From the NCBI GenBank assembly GCA_963703345.1, contig OY969814.1:576001-640000 (forward strand): 64,000 nucleotides of DNA, written 5' to 3'. Shown here in pieces: positions 10,293 to 19,607 of this stretch (position 1 is the stretch's first letter; the number at the start of each line of letters is the position of its first letter). The notes below the pieces were generated by a model. It saw only the letters and a program-made list of their open reading frames with translations. It did not search any database and was not told where the DNA came from. A program made the translations under genes and the position numbers. The DNA comes from an uncultured Chloroflexia bacterium (lineage in GTDB: Bacteria > Chloroflexota > Dehalococcoidia > DSTF01 > JALHUB01).

Positions 10293-10631
10293 TGATTTAG
10301 AGTTCGGGCTCGGGCCGGGTGGCCAGCGAAGAAGACGCCGCCCGGAGGGCAGTTTTCGTATCTCCTCAAGGGCTCCGGACAGCCGTGATTCGATGCGAAT
10401 CCCGGACTTAGAGTCTGGCACTCTGCCTGGAGAGATGAGGGAAGAGGAGAACGCTCACAAGCGACGGCAATCGTATCTGTTTCAGTGGTCTCAGAAGGCT
10501 GGAGGGGTTCGAACGTCAGGCCTGAAAACTTCGAGTCCGGTGCTCAGATTGGCTCTTTGGGGCGATAATTGGAGGCGTAAGCGAAGAAGAGTCCACGCTA
10601 GAAGGCCGAAATCGAATCTGAAAATGGCCTC

Positions 10632-10678
10632 TGGAGGGCCGTGAGAGATTCGAACCCTCGACTCCCGGATTAAAAGTC
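10632..10678 (-). repeat. tRNA-Lys 3'-part duplication (att-like core, copy 3)
   Basis: 47 bp matching 18828-18874 with one mismatch; lacks the D-arm and 5' acceptor strand. Confidence 0.92.
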
Positions 10679-10833
10679 AGAGCCTGTACTGCGGAGCCTT
10701 CAGGCCCTACCGCAGATTCGAATTCCGCCGTCTTGACCGCCTGGACCGACCGATTTCTTATCGAGTCCAGTGCTCAGGCTTGAGAGCCCTCTGGAGCACC
10801 GGATTCAACGCAGCAATTGTATGCGCTAAGTCC

Positions 10834-10869
10834 CGCGATTCCAGACGGCGGCCGCCGTCTGGAATCGCG
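10834..10869. repeat. 36-bp perfect palindrome
   Basis: CGCGATTCCAGACGGCGGCCGCCGTCTGGAATCGCG. Confidence 0.9.
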
Positions 10870-11106
10870 ACCCGGAGATGGCGGTCCTGGGTTGCCCCTC
10901 GCCGCTCTCCCAAATGTGGACGGAACATTGACACCCCACAGGTCCTCGGTGGTCTTCACCACGAGTACGAGTGGGTGGCCGCTTGACTTGCGCAGATACG
11001 GATGTAATATTGTTGCCCCACAGCCCGAAGCGAAGGATGTCCACATGGTCTGGTTCCGCGCCGGCCGCTGCTATCTCATCGACTTCGTCAATCCGTAATA
11101 GGAGTC

Positions 11107-12399
11107 TTGATCTTGAAACCTTCCTTCTTGCGGATGAGAAGGCTTTACCGTCTTCTCATTGCCGGTAAGTATCAACCCTATGTCTTCGAGGAAGCTACCC
11201 CGGACCTTCCGAATAGTCTCGGTGACATCGGGCTCTATCTCCACATCCCTTTCTGCAAACAGATCTGCCCATTCTGTCCTTACAATAAGGTCTTGCTCTA
11301 CGGTCAGGATGTGGACGCATACGCAGAAGCAGTCAAGAAAGAAGTCGAAATGCACCGGGAGAGGCTGGAGGCCTCAACCGTCACTTCACTATATGTTGGG
11401 GGAGGCACTCCATTGGCCTCCCCAAAGCAACTCCTGGACCTGATAGCTTTCTTGACGCGCTCTTTCCGAATCGGCGCAGAAATTGGAGTGGAGGTTCACC
11501 CGAGTGATGCCAGTGTGGAAAACCTCTCAGCCCTTAGAAGGAGTGGAGTGAATCTCTTAAGCCTTGGCGTTCAAAGCTTCCAAGACGATCTCCTGCAAAG
11601 GATCTCCCGACCATATGACGCGGAGAACGCCAAGGAGGCCCTGGCCAATGCTATGAGTGCTGACTTCGACTCGGTCGATGTGGACCTTATGTTTGGCCTA
11701 CCCGGCGAGACCGAGGACCAACTCGAGCATGATGTGGAGTACGCCTTCCAAGCGGGCATCGGGCAGTTGTCGGCGTATCCCTTGATTGTATTCTCATTTA
11801 CGAAGATGCTGGAGATTCTGGCCAGGAGTGGCACTCGGAAGCCAAGCTGGTGGCAAGAGAGGAAGATGCTTCAGATCATCGAGGAGCTTTCGAAAACCTA
11901 CGGCTATGAAAGAACCTCGATCTGGACATGGACGAAGAAAGAGAAGGCGCAGTATACCTCAGTTACCAGGCAGAACTTCGTGGGCTTCGGGGCTGGAGCG
12001 GCTAGCCGCTTCAGCAACGTTTTCTATTCCAACACCTGTTCGGTGAGCGAGTACGTAAAGGCCGTTGCCGCTAGAAAGCTGCCAATCGCTCTTTGCACCT
12101 CCCTGGACGAAAAGGACCAGATAGCCTGGTGGCTGTTTTGGGCTGCCTACAGGATGTCGATTGGCAGGCAAGAGTTCAAACGTGTGTTCAATCGCGAGCT
12201 AAATGGGAAGTTTAGGCTCTATCTGAAGGCGCTCCAATACTTGGGGATTCTAAAGGAGGAGGGCACCGAGTACCGGCTGACTGACAATGGTGGCTTCCTC
12301 TTTCACTTGGTGGAACAGGGCTATTCGCTGGACTTCCTCGATGGAATGTGGGGTACCCTTTCTTCAGAAGCTTGGCCGAAGAGGTTAGTGCTAGGTTGA
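11107..12399 (+). CDS. HemN/coproporphyrinogen III oxidase-like radical SAM protein
   Basis: LYLHIPFCKQICPFCPY, YVGGGTP, SLGVQSF, DLMFGLPGET. Confidence 0.9.
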   Translation: MILKPSFLRMRRLYRLLIAGKYQPYVFEEATPDLPNSLGDIGLYLHIPFCKQICPFCPYNKVLLYGQDVDAYAEAVKKEVEMHRERLEASTVTSLYVGGGTPLASPKQLLDLIAFLTRSFRIGAEIGVEVHPSDASVENLSALRRSGVNLLSLGVQSFQDDLLQRISRPYDAENAKEALANAMSADFDSVDVDLMFGLPGETEDQLEHDVEYAFQAGIGQLSAYPLIVFSFTKMLEILARSGTRKPSWWQERKMLQIIEELSKTYGYERTSIWTWTKKEKAQYTSVTRQNFVGFGAGAASRFSNVFYSNTCSVSEYVKAVAARKLPIALCTSLDEKDQIAWWLFWAAYRMSIGRQEFKRVFNRELNGKFRLYLKALQYLGILKEEGTEYRLTDNGGFLFHLVEQGYSLDFLDGMWGTLSSEAWPKRLVLG

Positions 12400-12438
12400 G
12401 GATCAGCTTTCGAATGGGCGAAAGGGCCCTCCCCGATC

Positions 12439-12621
12439 ATGCAATACGAGGAAGATGGCTTCAGAGAGATCCAACGGAGCTCCACTAAGTTTGGCGCGCT
12501 GGGCAGCCGAAGCGGATGGTGGGGCGTCAGCAGCGCGGCGGAGGCCTTCCTGGACCAGCTAGTCACCTGGCGAGAACTCGGCTTTAACATGTGTTGGCAG
12601 GCGATTCTTCAGAGGACCTAG
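12439..12621 (+). pseudogene. Fragment of a class II deoxyribodipyrimidine photolyase-like gene
   Basis: GWWGVSSAAEAFLDQLVTWRELGFNMC resembles the photolyase FAD-domain FLE(E)LxxRRELxxNFC motif; truncated on both sides. Confidence 0.55.
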
Positions 12622-12788
12622 ATGCGGAAAATGGAGCCAGGGAGCAAACCTGCCGCTCCTTCTGCATGACATTCTCCTGCAAATGCCGGTTGAAGTTGTC
12701 CGCGTCACTGGATAATCCCATCTCCGGACCTCATAATAGAAGTCTACGGTGGCAGATTAGCCAAGAACGCCAGAAAGAAGGAGTAATC

Positions 12789-13187
12789 ATGAAAGGATTC
12801 AACACAAATATAGAAAAGGACACGCTGGAGAATAGAGACTTTCGCAGGGTGCTGTACACCGGCAGGCACAGCCAATTGGTACTGATGAGCCTTCGACCGA
12901 AAGAAGAAATCGGTATGGAAACCCATCTAGACAATGATCAGTTCTTTCGTTTTGAAAAGGGTGAGGGGAAGTGCATCATAGACGGTAATGAATATGCCCT
13001 GAGGGATGGGTCGGTAATTGTTGTGCCAGCTAGCGCCGAGCACAACATAATCAACACCTCCGCCAACCAGGATTTGAAGCTCTATACAATCTATTCCCCG
13101 GCCCACCATAAAGATGGGGTAGTGAGGTCGACTAAAGCAGAGGCCGAAACCGATGCGCCTGAATTTGATGGTGTAACCACCGAATAG
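12789..13187 (+). CDS. Cupin-domain protein
   Basis: FRRVLYTG..QLVLMSL..EIGMETH..DQFFRFE..HNIIN..LYTIYSPAHH; AGGAG RBS before ATG 12789. Confidence 0.9.
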   Translation: MKGFNTNIEKDTLENRDFRRVLYTGRHSQLVLMSLRPKEEIGMETHLDNDQFFRFEKGEGKCIIDGNEYALRDGSVIVVPASAEHNIINTSANQDLKLYTIYSPAHHKDGVVRSTKAEAETDAPEFDGVTTE

Positions 13188-13398
13188 GCAACAATTCCGC
13201 CAAATATGGCAAGCGTGCTATCCGGACGCCGTAACGTCCACTCTTAGGAATTGATGACGCCGCCCTCGGGCACTGGGAGAGAACCGTGACTGATCTGGAT
13301 CACCGACTGCCGGACTGGAAATCCGGCACTCCAATCAAAAGAGGCAGGCGAAGAAGAGTCCACATTGGAGGGCCGAAATCGAATCTGAAAGAGGGCTC

Positions 13399-13447
13399 TG
13401 GAGGGCCGTGAGGGATTCGAACCCTCGACTCCCGGATTAAAAGTCCG
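13399..13447 (-). repeat. tRNA-Lys 3'-part duplication (att-like core, copy 2)
   Basis: 49 bp identical to 18828-18876. Confidence 0.95.
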
Positions 13448-13773
13448 CGAGCCATTCGGCCCACGCTCGACGCTGTTCGCCGAATCTGCGGGGAAGGTCA
13501 GATGGCGCTCTGCGAGATCGAATCCCGCGGTCTTGCCCGCGTGGCATCTGACCACCGGATTGTACCTTGACGAGGCGTCAACTACAAGCCGTAATACTCC
13601 TGGCTGCTTCGATGTGGAGATGCCTCCTTCTCCCATCGATGATGGACACGATCCTTCGTGCATCTTCGAGGGCGAAACGCTGTGATGCCCGATAACAGGT
13701 ACTTTACGAAACCGTCCCAGGACATGTCAACTGAAGCTCATTGACTTGAGATGCCGCTTGCGGCATAGTTGTC

Positions 13774-14448
13774 ATGATGTCAGCATCAACAGTGATTCCC
13801 GAATCAGTTTCGCGGACAGAGCGAAAGCGCGCCCGAACCCGCGCTGCCCTTATCGCCTCGGCTCGCCGTTTGTTCGCCCAGGTCGGTTTCGAGGCGACCA
13901 CCATTGCGGCGATCGCCGAGTCCGCTGACCTCGGCTTCGGCACCTTCTATCGCTACTTTCCCGACAAGGAGGCGATCCTCAATGCTGTGCTCGAAATCGG
14001 CCGCTCGGAACTTGACAAGGCGCTGACTCACCCCGACAACGAGCGGGCCGAGCCGGCAGAAGCCCTGCGCAGGCTCACGATGCGTTTTGCGCAGGCGGCA
14101 GAACGCAACTACGACGTGATGGCCTTGGGGTTTCGGATGGCCGTCGGGGGCGAGGGTGTCGGCGAGCCCATCCCACCCGACCTCAACAAAGGAGCGCTGC
14201 CGATCTTCTTTCTTCTCGGCGAACGCATCCGCCACATTATTGAGCGCGGCGTCACGGAGGGTGTGTTCGCATGTCCTGACCCGCGGCTCGCATCGCGTTT
14301 CATCACCAGCGCGCACGTTCCTTTCCTTACCCCATACACGAAGCACGACGGACGGAAGATGATCGAAGCGCTCTGCGACCTTGAACTGAGAGCGCTTGGC
14401 GGAGCGAGTGCAGCGTCGCCGCAGCGGACCAAAAGGAGAAACCGGTGA
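13774..14448 (+). CDS. TetR-family regulator
   Basis: ARRLFAQVGFEATTIAAIAESADLGFGTFYRYFPDKE HTH. Confidence 0.93.
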   Translation: MMSASTVIPESVSRTERKRARTRAALIASARRLFAQVGFEATTIAAIAESADLGFGTFYRYFPDKEAILNAVLEIGRSELDKALTHPDNERAEPAEALRRLTMRFAQAAERNYDVMALGFRMAVGGEGVGEPIPPDLNKGALPIFFLLGERIRHIIERGVTEGVFACPDPRLASRFITSAHVPFLTPYTKHDGRKMIEALCDLELRALGGASAASPQRTKRRNR

Positions 14449-16346
14449 CCCCCATTAAGCTCGAGGACGAACTTGCTCTTTCTGAGAGCAGCTGGCGCCG
14501 ACGCATCATCACCCTCGCCGTGTTGCTGTTCGGAGTGGGCGTCGTCGCCGTCGCGATCTACTACGTCGCATTTAGGAACAGCGCTACCACAGCTACCCGT
14601 TCCACGGAGGAGATCCCTGTAGTCAGAGCAACGATCAGCCAGACGCTGAGCATCTCGGGCGTCGCCGATGCTCAGCTCAACAGCAATCTCACCTTCCAGG
14701 CCACGGGAAAGATCGCCGAAGTCAACGTCAAGGTGGGCGATGCCGTGCGGCAGGGCGACGTCCTCGCCAGCATCGAATCCGACGATCTGGTCAACGCCGT
14801 GTCGCAGGCGCAGGCAAATCAGCGCGCCGCTCAGCTCAAGCTCGACGATCTACTCGGCGGCTCGACCGCAGCCGAAATCGCCGCTGCCGAACAGGCGCTG
14901 GTCTCCGCACAGTCGAATCTCACCAAGGCAGAGAACGATTACGACACGCTGGTGGGCAGTGGCGCTGCAGCCGATGTCGCTGCCGCTCAACAAGCGGTAA
15001 GCGTGTCCGAAGCGCAGCTAGCGAGCGCGAGGAGCGCGCGCGCTAAGCTCGACGACACGCCCAGCGACGCTGACAAGGCAGCCGCCGAAGCAGGCGTGGC
15101 CGCGGCGCAATCCGCCCTCACCGCGGCTCAGAACAGTTCAGCCAGCGCTCAGAACACCCTGACCGCCGCCGATGCCTCGCTCAAGAGCGCGGAAACCAGC
15201 TACTGCGCCACCGATCCTGCGCCGGCGTTTTGCACCACGGCCGTCTCACCCATCTCCTCAGCCGACGCCACACTGATGACTGCTGCCCTTGGCGGTGCGC
15301 ATGCCACACTTGCATCGGGTGTCATCGCTGCAAACAGCGCTTTCCTCAATTCGCAGAACAGCGCGGACTCCGCGGCGTCGGCCGTAACCTCCGCACGGCA
15401 AGCGCTGAGATCCGCACAGGAGAAGCTCAATACCGTGAACGACGGACCGACGAGCGATGACGTTGCCGCTGCCGACGCTGCAGTAACTTCCGCCGAATCG
15501 GCCCTGACCGCCGCGCAGCAGAAGCTCGCGACTGTACAGGGCGGCACCGGTGCGCAACAATCCACGCTCCAGGCGGCCGTCCTCAGCGCCCAGGCCGCCG
15601 TCGATGCGGCCCAGGCGAAAGATGATGAAGCGCACCAGGGCGCGACAGCGAACGCCATCGCGCAGGCGCGCCAGGCCGTCGAAACCGCCGGTCTCGTAGT
15701 CGAAGCGGCGCAGATCCGCCGCCAAAACGCCCAGATCATCGCGCCCTTCGACGGTGTCGTTGCGGCCGTAAACGCTCACGTCGGAGAGATGGCCGGTGCG
15801 GCCGGTGGCTCTTCGACCGCCGCGCCTATCGTCTTGCTCACGCCGAACCTGCTTCGTTTCAAGATGAACGTGCAGGAGACCGACTACACAAACATCAAAC
15901 TCGACCAGACGGGCATGGTTGTCTTCGATGCACTCCCGGGCAGGCCGTTTGCGTTCACCATCACATCGATCAGTTCTGCCGCCATTACGGAGAGCGGGGT
16001 CGTCACGTACGAGGTCGATGCCTCTCTGACGATCCCACCCGATTCTCCCTCCCCTGCAGCCGGTATGAACGGGAACGGGGTCATCACCATCGATTCGAAG
16101 CCGAACGTTCTCGTCGTCCCGGCGCGCGCCATCAAGCGTCGCGGCGCCGATCAGATCGTCTCGGTCAAGCGGGCGAACGGCAACGTCGAGGAACAGGTGA
16201 TCACGACTGGTGTCAGCGACGTCAACAACGTGGAGGTGCTCTCCGGCCTGAGTGAAGGCGACGTGGTCGAGGCCGTCACACTGACGGCGGGGAAGGCTGG
16301 CGTCGCGGCGACGCCTCAACCCACCATGCCGAGCGGCCTGAGGTAG
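14445..16346 (+). CDS. Efflux membrane-fusion/adaptor protein (MacA/YknX-like, long alpha-hairpin)
   Basis: N-terminal TM, GKIAEVNVKVGDAVRQGD, long Ala-rich coil, IIAPFDGVV, VEVLSGLSEGD. Confidence 0.9.
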   Translation: MTPIKLEDELALSESSWRRRIITLAVLLFGVGVVAVAIYYVAFRNSATTATRSTEEIPVVRATISQTLSISGVADAQLNSNLTFQATGKIAEVNVKVGDAVRQGDVLASIESDDLVNAVSQAQANQRAAQLKLDDLLGGSTAAEIAAAEQALVSAQSNLTKAENDYDTLVGSGAAADVAAAQQAVSVSEAQLASARSARAKLDDTPSDADKAAAEAGVAAAQSALTAAQNSSASAQNTLTAADASLKSAETSYCATDPAPAFCTTAVSPISSADATLMTAALGGAHATLASGVIAANSAFLNSQNSADSAASAVTSARQALRSAQEKLNTVNDGPTSDDVAAADAAVTSAESALTAAQQKLATVQGGTGAQQSTLQAAVLSAQAAVDAAQAKDDEAHQGATANAIAQARQAVETAGLVVEAAQIRRQNAQIIAPFDGVVAAVNAHVGEMAGAAGGSSTAAPIVLLTPNLLRFKMNVQETDYTNIKLDQTGMVVFDALPGRPFAFTITSISSAAITESGVVTYEVDASLTIPPDSPSPAAGMNGNGVITIDSKPNVLVVPARAIKRRGADQIVSVKRANGNVEEQVITTGVSDVNNVEVLSGLSEGDVVEAVTLTAGKAGVAATPQPTMPSGLR

Positions 16347-16348
16347 CG

Positions 16349-17131
16349 ATGATCCGGTTGAAGGGCATCTCGAAGGTCTACAAGCTCGGCTCTGAGAGTG
16401 TCCACGCTCTTCGCGGCATCGACCTGGAGATCGAGGAGGGCGAGTTCCTGGCGATCATGGGGCCCTCCGGCTCGGGCAAGTCAACGCTCATGAACATCAT
16501 CGGCTGCCTCGATCGCCCGACCGACGGCACGTACGAGCTCGACGGCGTAAACATAGGCAAGCTCAACGACTCACAGCTCGCGACGGTCCGTAATCGGCGT
16601 CTGGGGTTCGTGTTTCAGTCCTTCAACCTGCTCCCGCGCCTCGACGCTGTCAGTCAGGTGGCGATGCCACTCTCGTATCGAGGCGTCACGAACCGAAAGC
16701 AGGTCGCGAGGGTCGCGCTCAGGCTCGTCGGCCTCCAGGACCGCATGCATCATCGGCCCACGCAGCTCTCCGGCGGCCAGCAGCAGCGCGTCGCTATCGC
16801 GCGCGCGCTCGTCGGCAGTCCGGCGGTGATCCTCGCCGATGAGCCGACAGGCGCACTGGACACGAAGACCAGCCACGATGTGATGGAGATCTTCCGCAAG
16901 CTCAACGAAGAGCGCGGCGTCACGATCGCCTTCGTCACCCACGAGCACGACGTCGCGGCGTATACGCGGCGCATCGTCTCGCTGCTTGATGGCGAGATCG
17001 TCAGCGACGCGCCGAACGTCCCCGCGTACCGCCAGACTGCGGAGGCGATCTCGCACCTATCGCCACAGGCGCGACAGACCTCCACGACAACGCCGGCCGA
17101 GCGCCGGATCCTCGGAGCGACTGACGCATGA
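16349..17131 (+). CDS. ABC transporter ATP-binding protein (MacB/LolD family)
   Basis: GPSGSGKST, LSGGQQQRVAIARAL, ILADEPTGALD. Confidence 0.95.
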   Translation: MIRLKGISKVYKLGSESVHALRGIDLEIEEGEFLAIMGPSGSGKSTLMNIIGCLDRPTDGTYELDGVNIGKLNDSQLATVRNRRLGFVFQSFNLLPRLDAVSQVAMPLSYRGVTNRKQVARVALRLVGLQDRMHHRPTQLSGGQQQRVAIARALVGSPAVILADEPTGALDTKTSHDVMEIFRKLNEERGVTIAFVTHEHDVAAYTRRIVSLLDGEIVSDAPNVPAYRQTAEAISHLSPQARQTSTTTPAERRILGATDA

Positions 17132-18456
17132 GCCCGAGCGAAGTCGTCATGACGGCGTTGATCGCGCTGCGCAGCAACATCCTGCGCACTCTGCTCACAA
17201 TGCTCGGCATCATCATCGGCATCAGCGCTGTTATCGTGCTGACGGCTGCGGGCCAGGGCGCGCAGAAGGGCGTTGCTGACCGCATCAAGGGCATCGGCAG
17301 CAACCTGATGTTCATTCAACCGGGCAACGGCAAGACAACCACGGGACTGTGGGTCCCCGGGCAGGGGAGCACTGCACTCTTCCTAGATGACGCCCGCGCG
17401 ATCGACGACGCCCGGATCGACGGCATCGATGCCGTCGCCGCGCAAGGCACGGCGCCCGCACCCGCCATGCCCTGGGGCGCCACCGCGATATACCGCGGCC
17501 AGAATACCAGTACGACGCTGATTGGCACGGAGACGAGCTACCAGTACGTCCGCGACTTCTACGTCGCCGAAGGCCGCTTCATCACAGAAGACGACATCAA
17601 TAAGAAGGCGCTCGTCGTCGTTCTAGGCGCGGAGGTCAAACAACAGCTTTTCGGAGACAAGGACCCTATCGGCGAGAACGTGCGCATAACCGTCGGTCCG
17701 GGGAACTACGCTGTCGGCTTCACCTTCACCGTCGTCGGTGTGATGGAGGAGAAAGGCTCGACCTCATCGACTGACCAGGACAACGTCGTGATCACGCCCC
17801 TCCCGTCCTTTCAGGCGCGCGTGCCCCTAGTCCGCAACCCACGCGGCACCACCGTCAGCCAGGTGAACATCAAGGTGACCAACCCCTCCAAGATCCCTCA
17901 GATTAAGCTGGCTATTACAGACATCCTCCGCAAGCGCCACAACCTGGCGGAAGGGACCGATAACGACTTCCTGATCCAGTCCCAGAGCGATGTCCTAGCG
18001 ACCGCCACCGCGGTCGACCGCACCCTCAGCGTGCTGCTCGTGTCGATCGCACTGATCTCGTTGATCGTCGGCGGCATCGGCATCATGAACATCATGCTCG
18101 TGTCGGTGAGCGAGCGAACGCGCGAGATTGGAATCCGCAAGGCGGTTGGGGCAAAGCGCCGCGACATCCTCCTGCAATTCATGATCGAAGCGCTGGTCGT
18201 GACATTGTTCGGGGGCCTGCTGGGGGTTGCCGTGGGCATCGGCATTACGCAGATCCTACAGCACGACTTCAACTACCACATCAATCTGCTGATCACGACA
18301 CTCAATGTCAGCGTGAGCGGAGGCACGTACGTCATCACACCGCGATGGATCTTCGCCGGTCTGGCCATGTCTGCTGTTACCGGGCTGGTCTTCGGCGTCT
18401 ACCCCGCCTGGCGCGCCGCGAGACTCGACCCGATCGAGGCGCTCCGGCGAGAGTGA
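17128..18456 (+). CDS. ABC transporter permease (MacB/FtsX family)
   Basis: LTMLGIIIGI, GGIGIMNIMLVSVSERTREIGIRKAVGA, PAWRAARLDPIEALR. Confidence 0.95.
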   Translation: MSPSEVVMTALIALRSNILRTLLTMLGIIIGISAVIVLTAAGQGAQKGVADRIKGIGSNLMFIQPGNGKTTTGLWVPGQGSTALFLDDARAIDDARIDGIDAVAAQGTAPAPAMPWGATAIYRGQNTSTTLIGTETSYQYVRDFYVAEGRFITEDDINKKALVVVLGAEVKQQLFGDKDPIGENVRITVGPGNYAVGFTFTVVGVMEEKGSTSSTDQDNVVITPLPSFQARVPLVRNPRGTTVSQVNIKVTNPSKIPQIKLAITDILRKRHNLAEGTDNDFLIQSQSDVLATATAVDRTLSVLLVSIALISLIVGGIGIMNIMLVSVSERTREIGIRKAVGAKRRDILLQFMIEALVVTLFGGLLGVAVGIGITQILQHDFNYHINLLITTLNVSVSGGTYVITPRWIFAGLAMSAVTGLVFGVYPAWRAARLDPIEALRRE

Positions 18457-18827
18457 GCGTCAACTTCCCAACAGCGCCCGGATTCCATTCGCCGCGATCT
18501 GGATGAATTGCGCCTTATTCACAAGCATGGAGCGGGAATCGAGATCGGGTGCCCGCACGACGCACTCTTGGTTTGTGGCGCGGAGGCGGTCCGTGTGACT
18601 GGTGGATTGGAAGTCCGGGGGTCGATTGAGAGAAATCCGCGACGAACGAGCATCTGCGGACGCGGAATCGTATCTGAGCGACGACTCTCGAAGGTCAATG
18701 GCCCCAAAATCCTGCCCCAGAATCTTCGAATCCGGTGGTCAGGGTTGGCTTTTTCGGGCGAGAGTTCGAGGGGTAAGCGATGAAGAGGTGATGTTGAAAG
18801 CGGTTTTCGAATCTGAGAAGGGGGCTC

Positions 18828-18902
18828 TGGAGGGCCGTGAGGGATTCGAACCCTCGACTCCCGGATTAAAAGTCCGGAGCTCTGCCGCTGAGCTAACGGC
18901 CC
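18828..18902 (-). tRNA. tRNA-Lys(UUU)
   Basis: GGGCCGT TA GCTC..GAGC T CCGGA CTTTTAA TCCGG GAGTC GAGGG TTCGAAT CCCTC ACGGCCC T CCA cloverleaf. Confidence 0.97.
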
Positions 18903-19052
18903 CCAAAGCAATATAGAAGACGCTCCGAATGCCTGTCAAACGGTTCGACAACGCGAACGCCCCGCCTTCGCCGGCGATCAAAATCGTAGCCGAGGCTTTC
19001 TGGCCTCGGCCTCCGCTGTAGCGCCTGACCTACGGTAATAGCGTCGACGCTG

Positions 19053-19607
19053 CTATGTCTCCGTCAGCGGCACGCCTTCGCGACAGAGCGGACAATCCGC
19101 CGCTTCGTACGACGGCACGACCAGCTCCAGGCAGGCGAAGAAGGGCAACCCGAAGTCCGCTTTCCCGCCCGTCCGGTCGACCAGAACGGCCACGCCAACA
19201 GGCTCACCGCCGGCTTCTCGGACCGCGTCGATGACCTGGCGAATGCTGCCGCCGGTCGTCAACACGTCGTCGACCACCAGCACCCGCTCGCCGGCGTTCA
19301 CGCGAAAGCCGCGCAGGAAGCGCCGCTCGCTGCCGACGGTCTCGGCGAAAATGCAGCGCACGCCGAGCTGTCGCGCCGCCTCGAAGCTGAGGATGACGCC
19401 GCCGGTCGTCGGTCCCGCAACCAGCTCGACGCCGCTGTTACGGAAGTGGTCCGCGATTAGCCCGCAGAGGCGCTGCGTGTACGCGGGATACTGGAGGACC
19501 TGGAATTTCTCGAAGTAGGTGCCGGAGTGCCGGCCGGAAGTGAGCTTGAAATGCCCCTCGAGTACGGCGCCGGCCTGACGCAGCATCTCTAGGAGCTCAT
19601 CGCTCAA
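19053..19607 (-). CDS. pyrE: Orotate phosphoribosyltransferase
   Basis: GHFKLTSGRHS, VLVVDDVLTTGGS; TTG start overlapping the lepB stop. Confidence 0.95.
   Translation of the reverse strand: MSDELLEMLRQAGAVLEGHFKLTSGRHSGTYFEKFQVLQYPAYTQRLCGLIADHFRNSGVELVAGPTTGGVILSFEAARQLGVRCIFAETVGSERRFLRGFRVNAGERVLVVDDVLTTGGSIRQVIDAVREAGGEPVGVAVLVDRTGGKADFGLPFFACLELVVPSYEAADCPLCREGVPLTET

Larger units (their letters stand above)
10632..13398. mobile_element. Integrase-less cassette B (~2.8 kb) between tRNA-Lys att repeats
   Basis: Bounded by tRNA 3' duplications, conserved arms, visibly lower-GC cargo, no recombinase ORF. Confidence 0.75.
13399..18827. mobile_element. Integrase-less cassette A (~5.4 kb) at tRNA-Lys
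   Basis: Lies between the intact tRNA and its 49-bp duplicate; 14-bp sub-terminal inverted repeat at 13548-13561/18729-18742; no recombinase ORF. Confidence 0.78.

Noticed and set aside
10817-11098. 93-aa ORF upstream of the radical SAM gene as a RiPP precursor
   Set aside because: It runs through the palindrome and has no RBS; the enzyme is HemN-like without a SPASM domain
10632-13447. Additional tRNA genes
   Set aside because: Both copies lack the D-arm and 5' acceptor strand; they are att duplications
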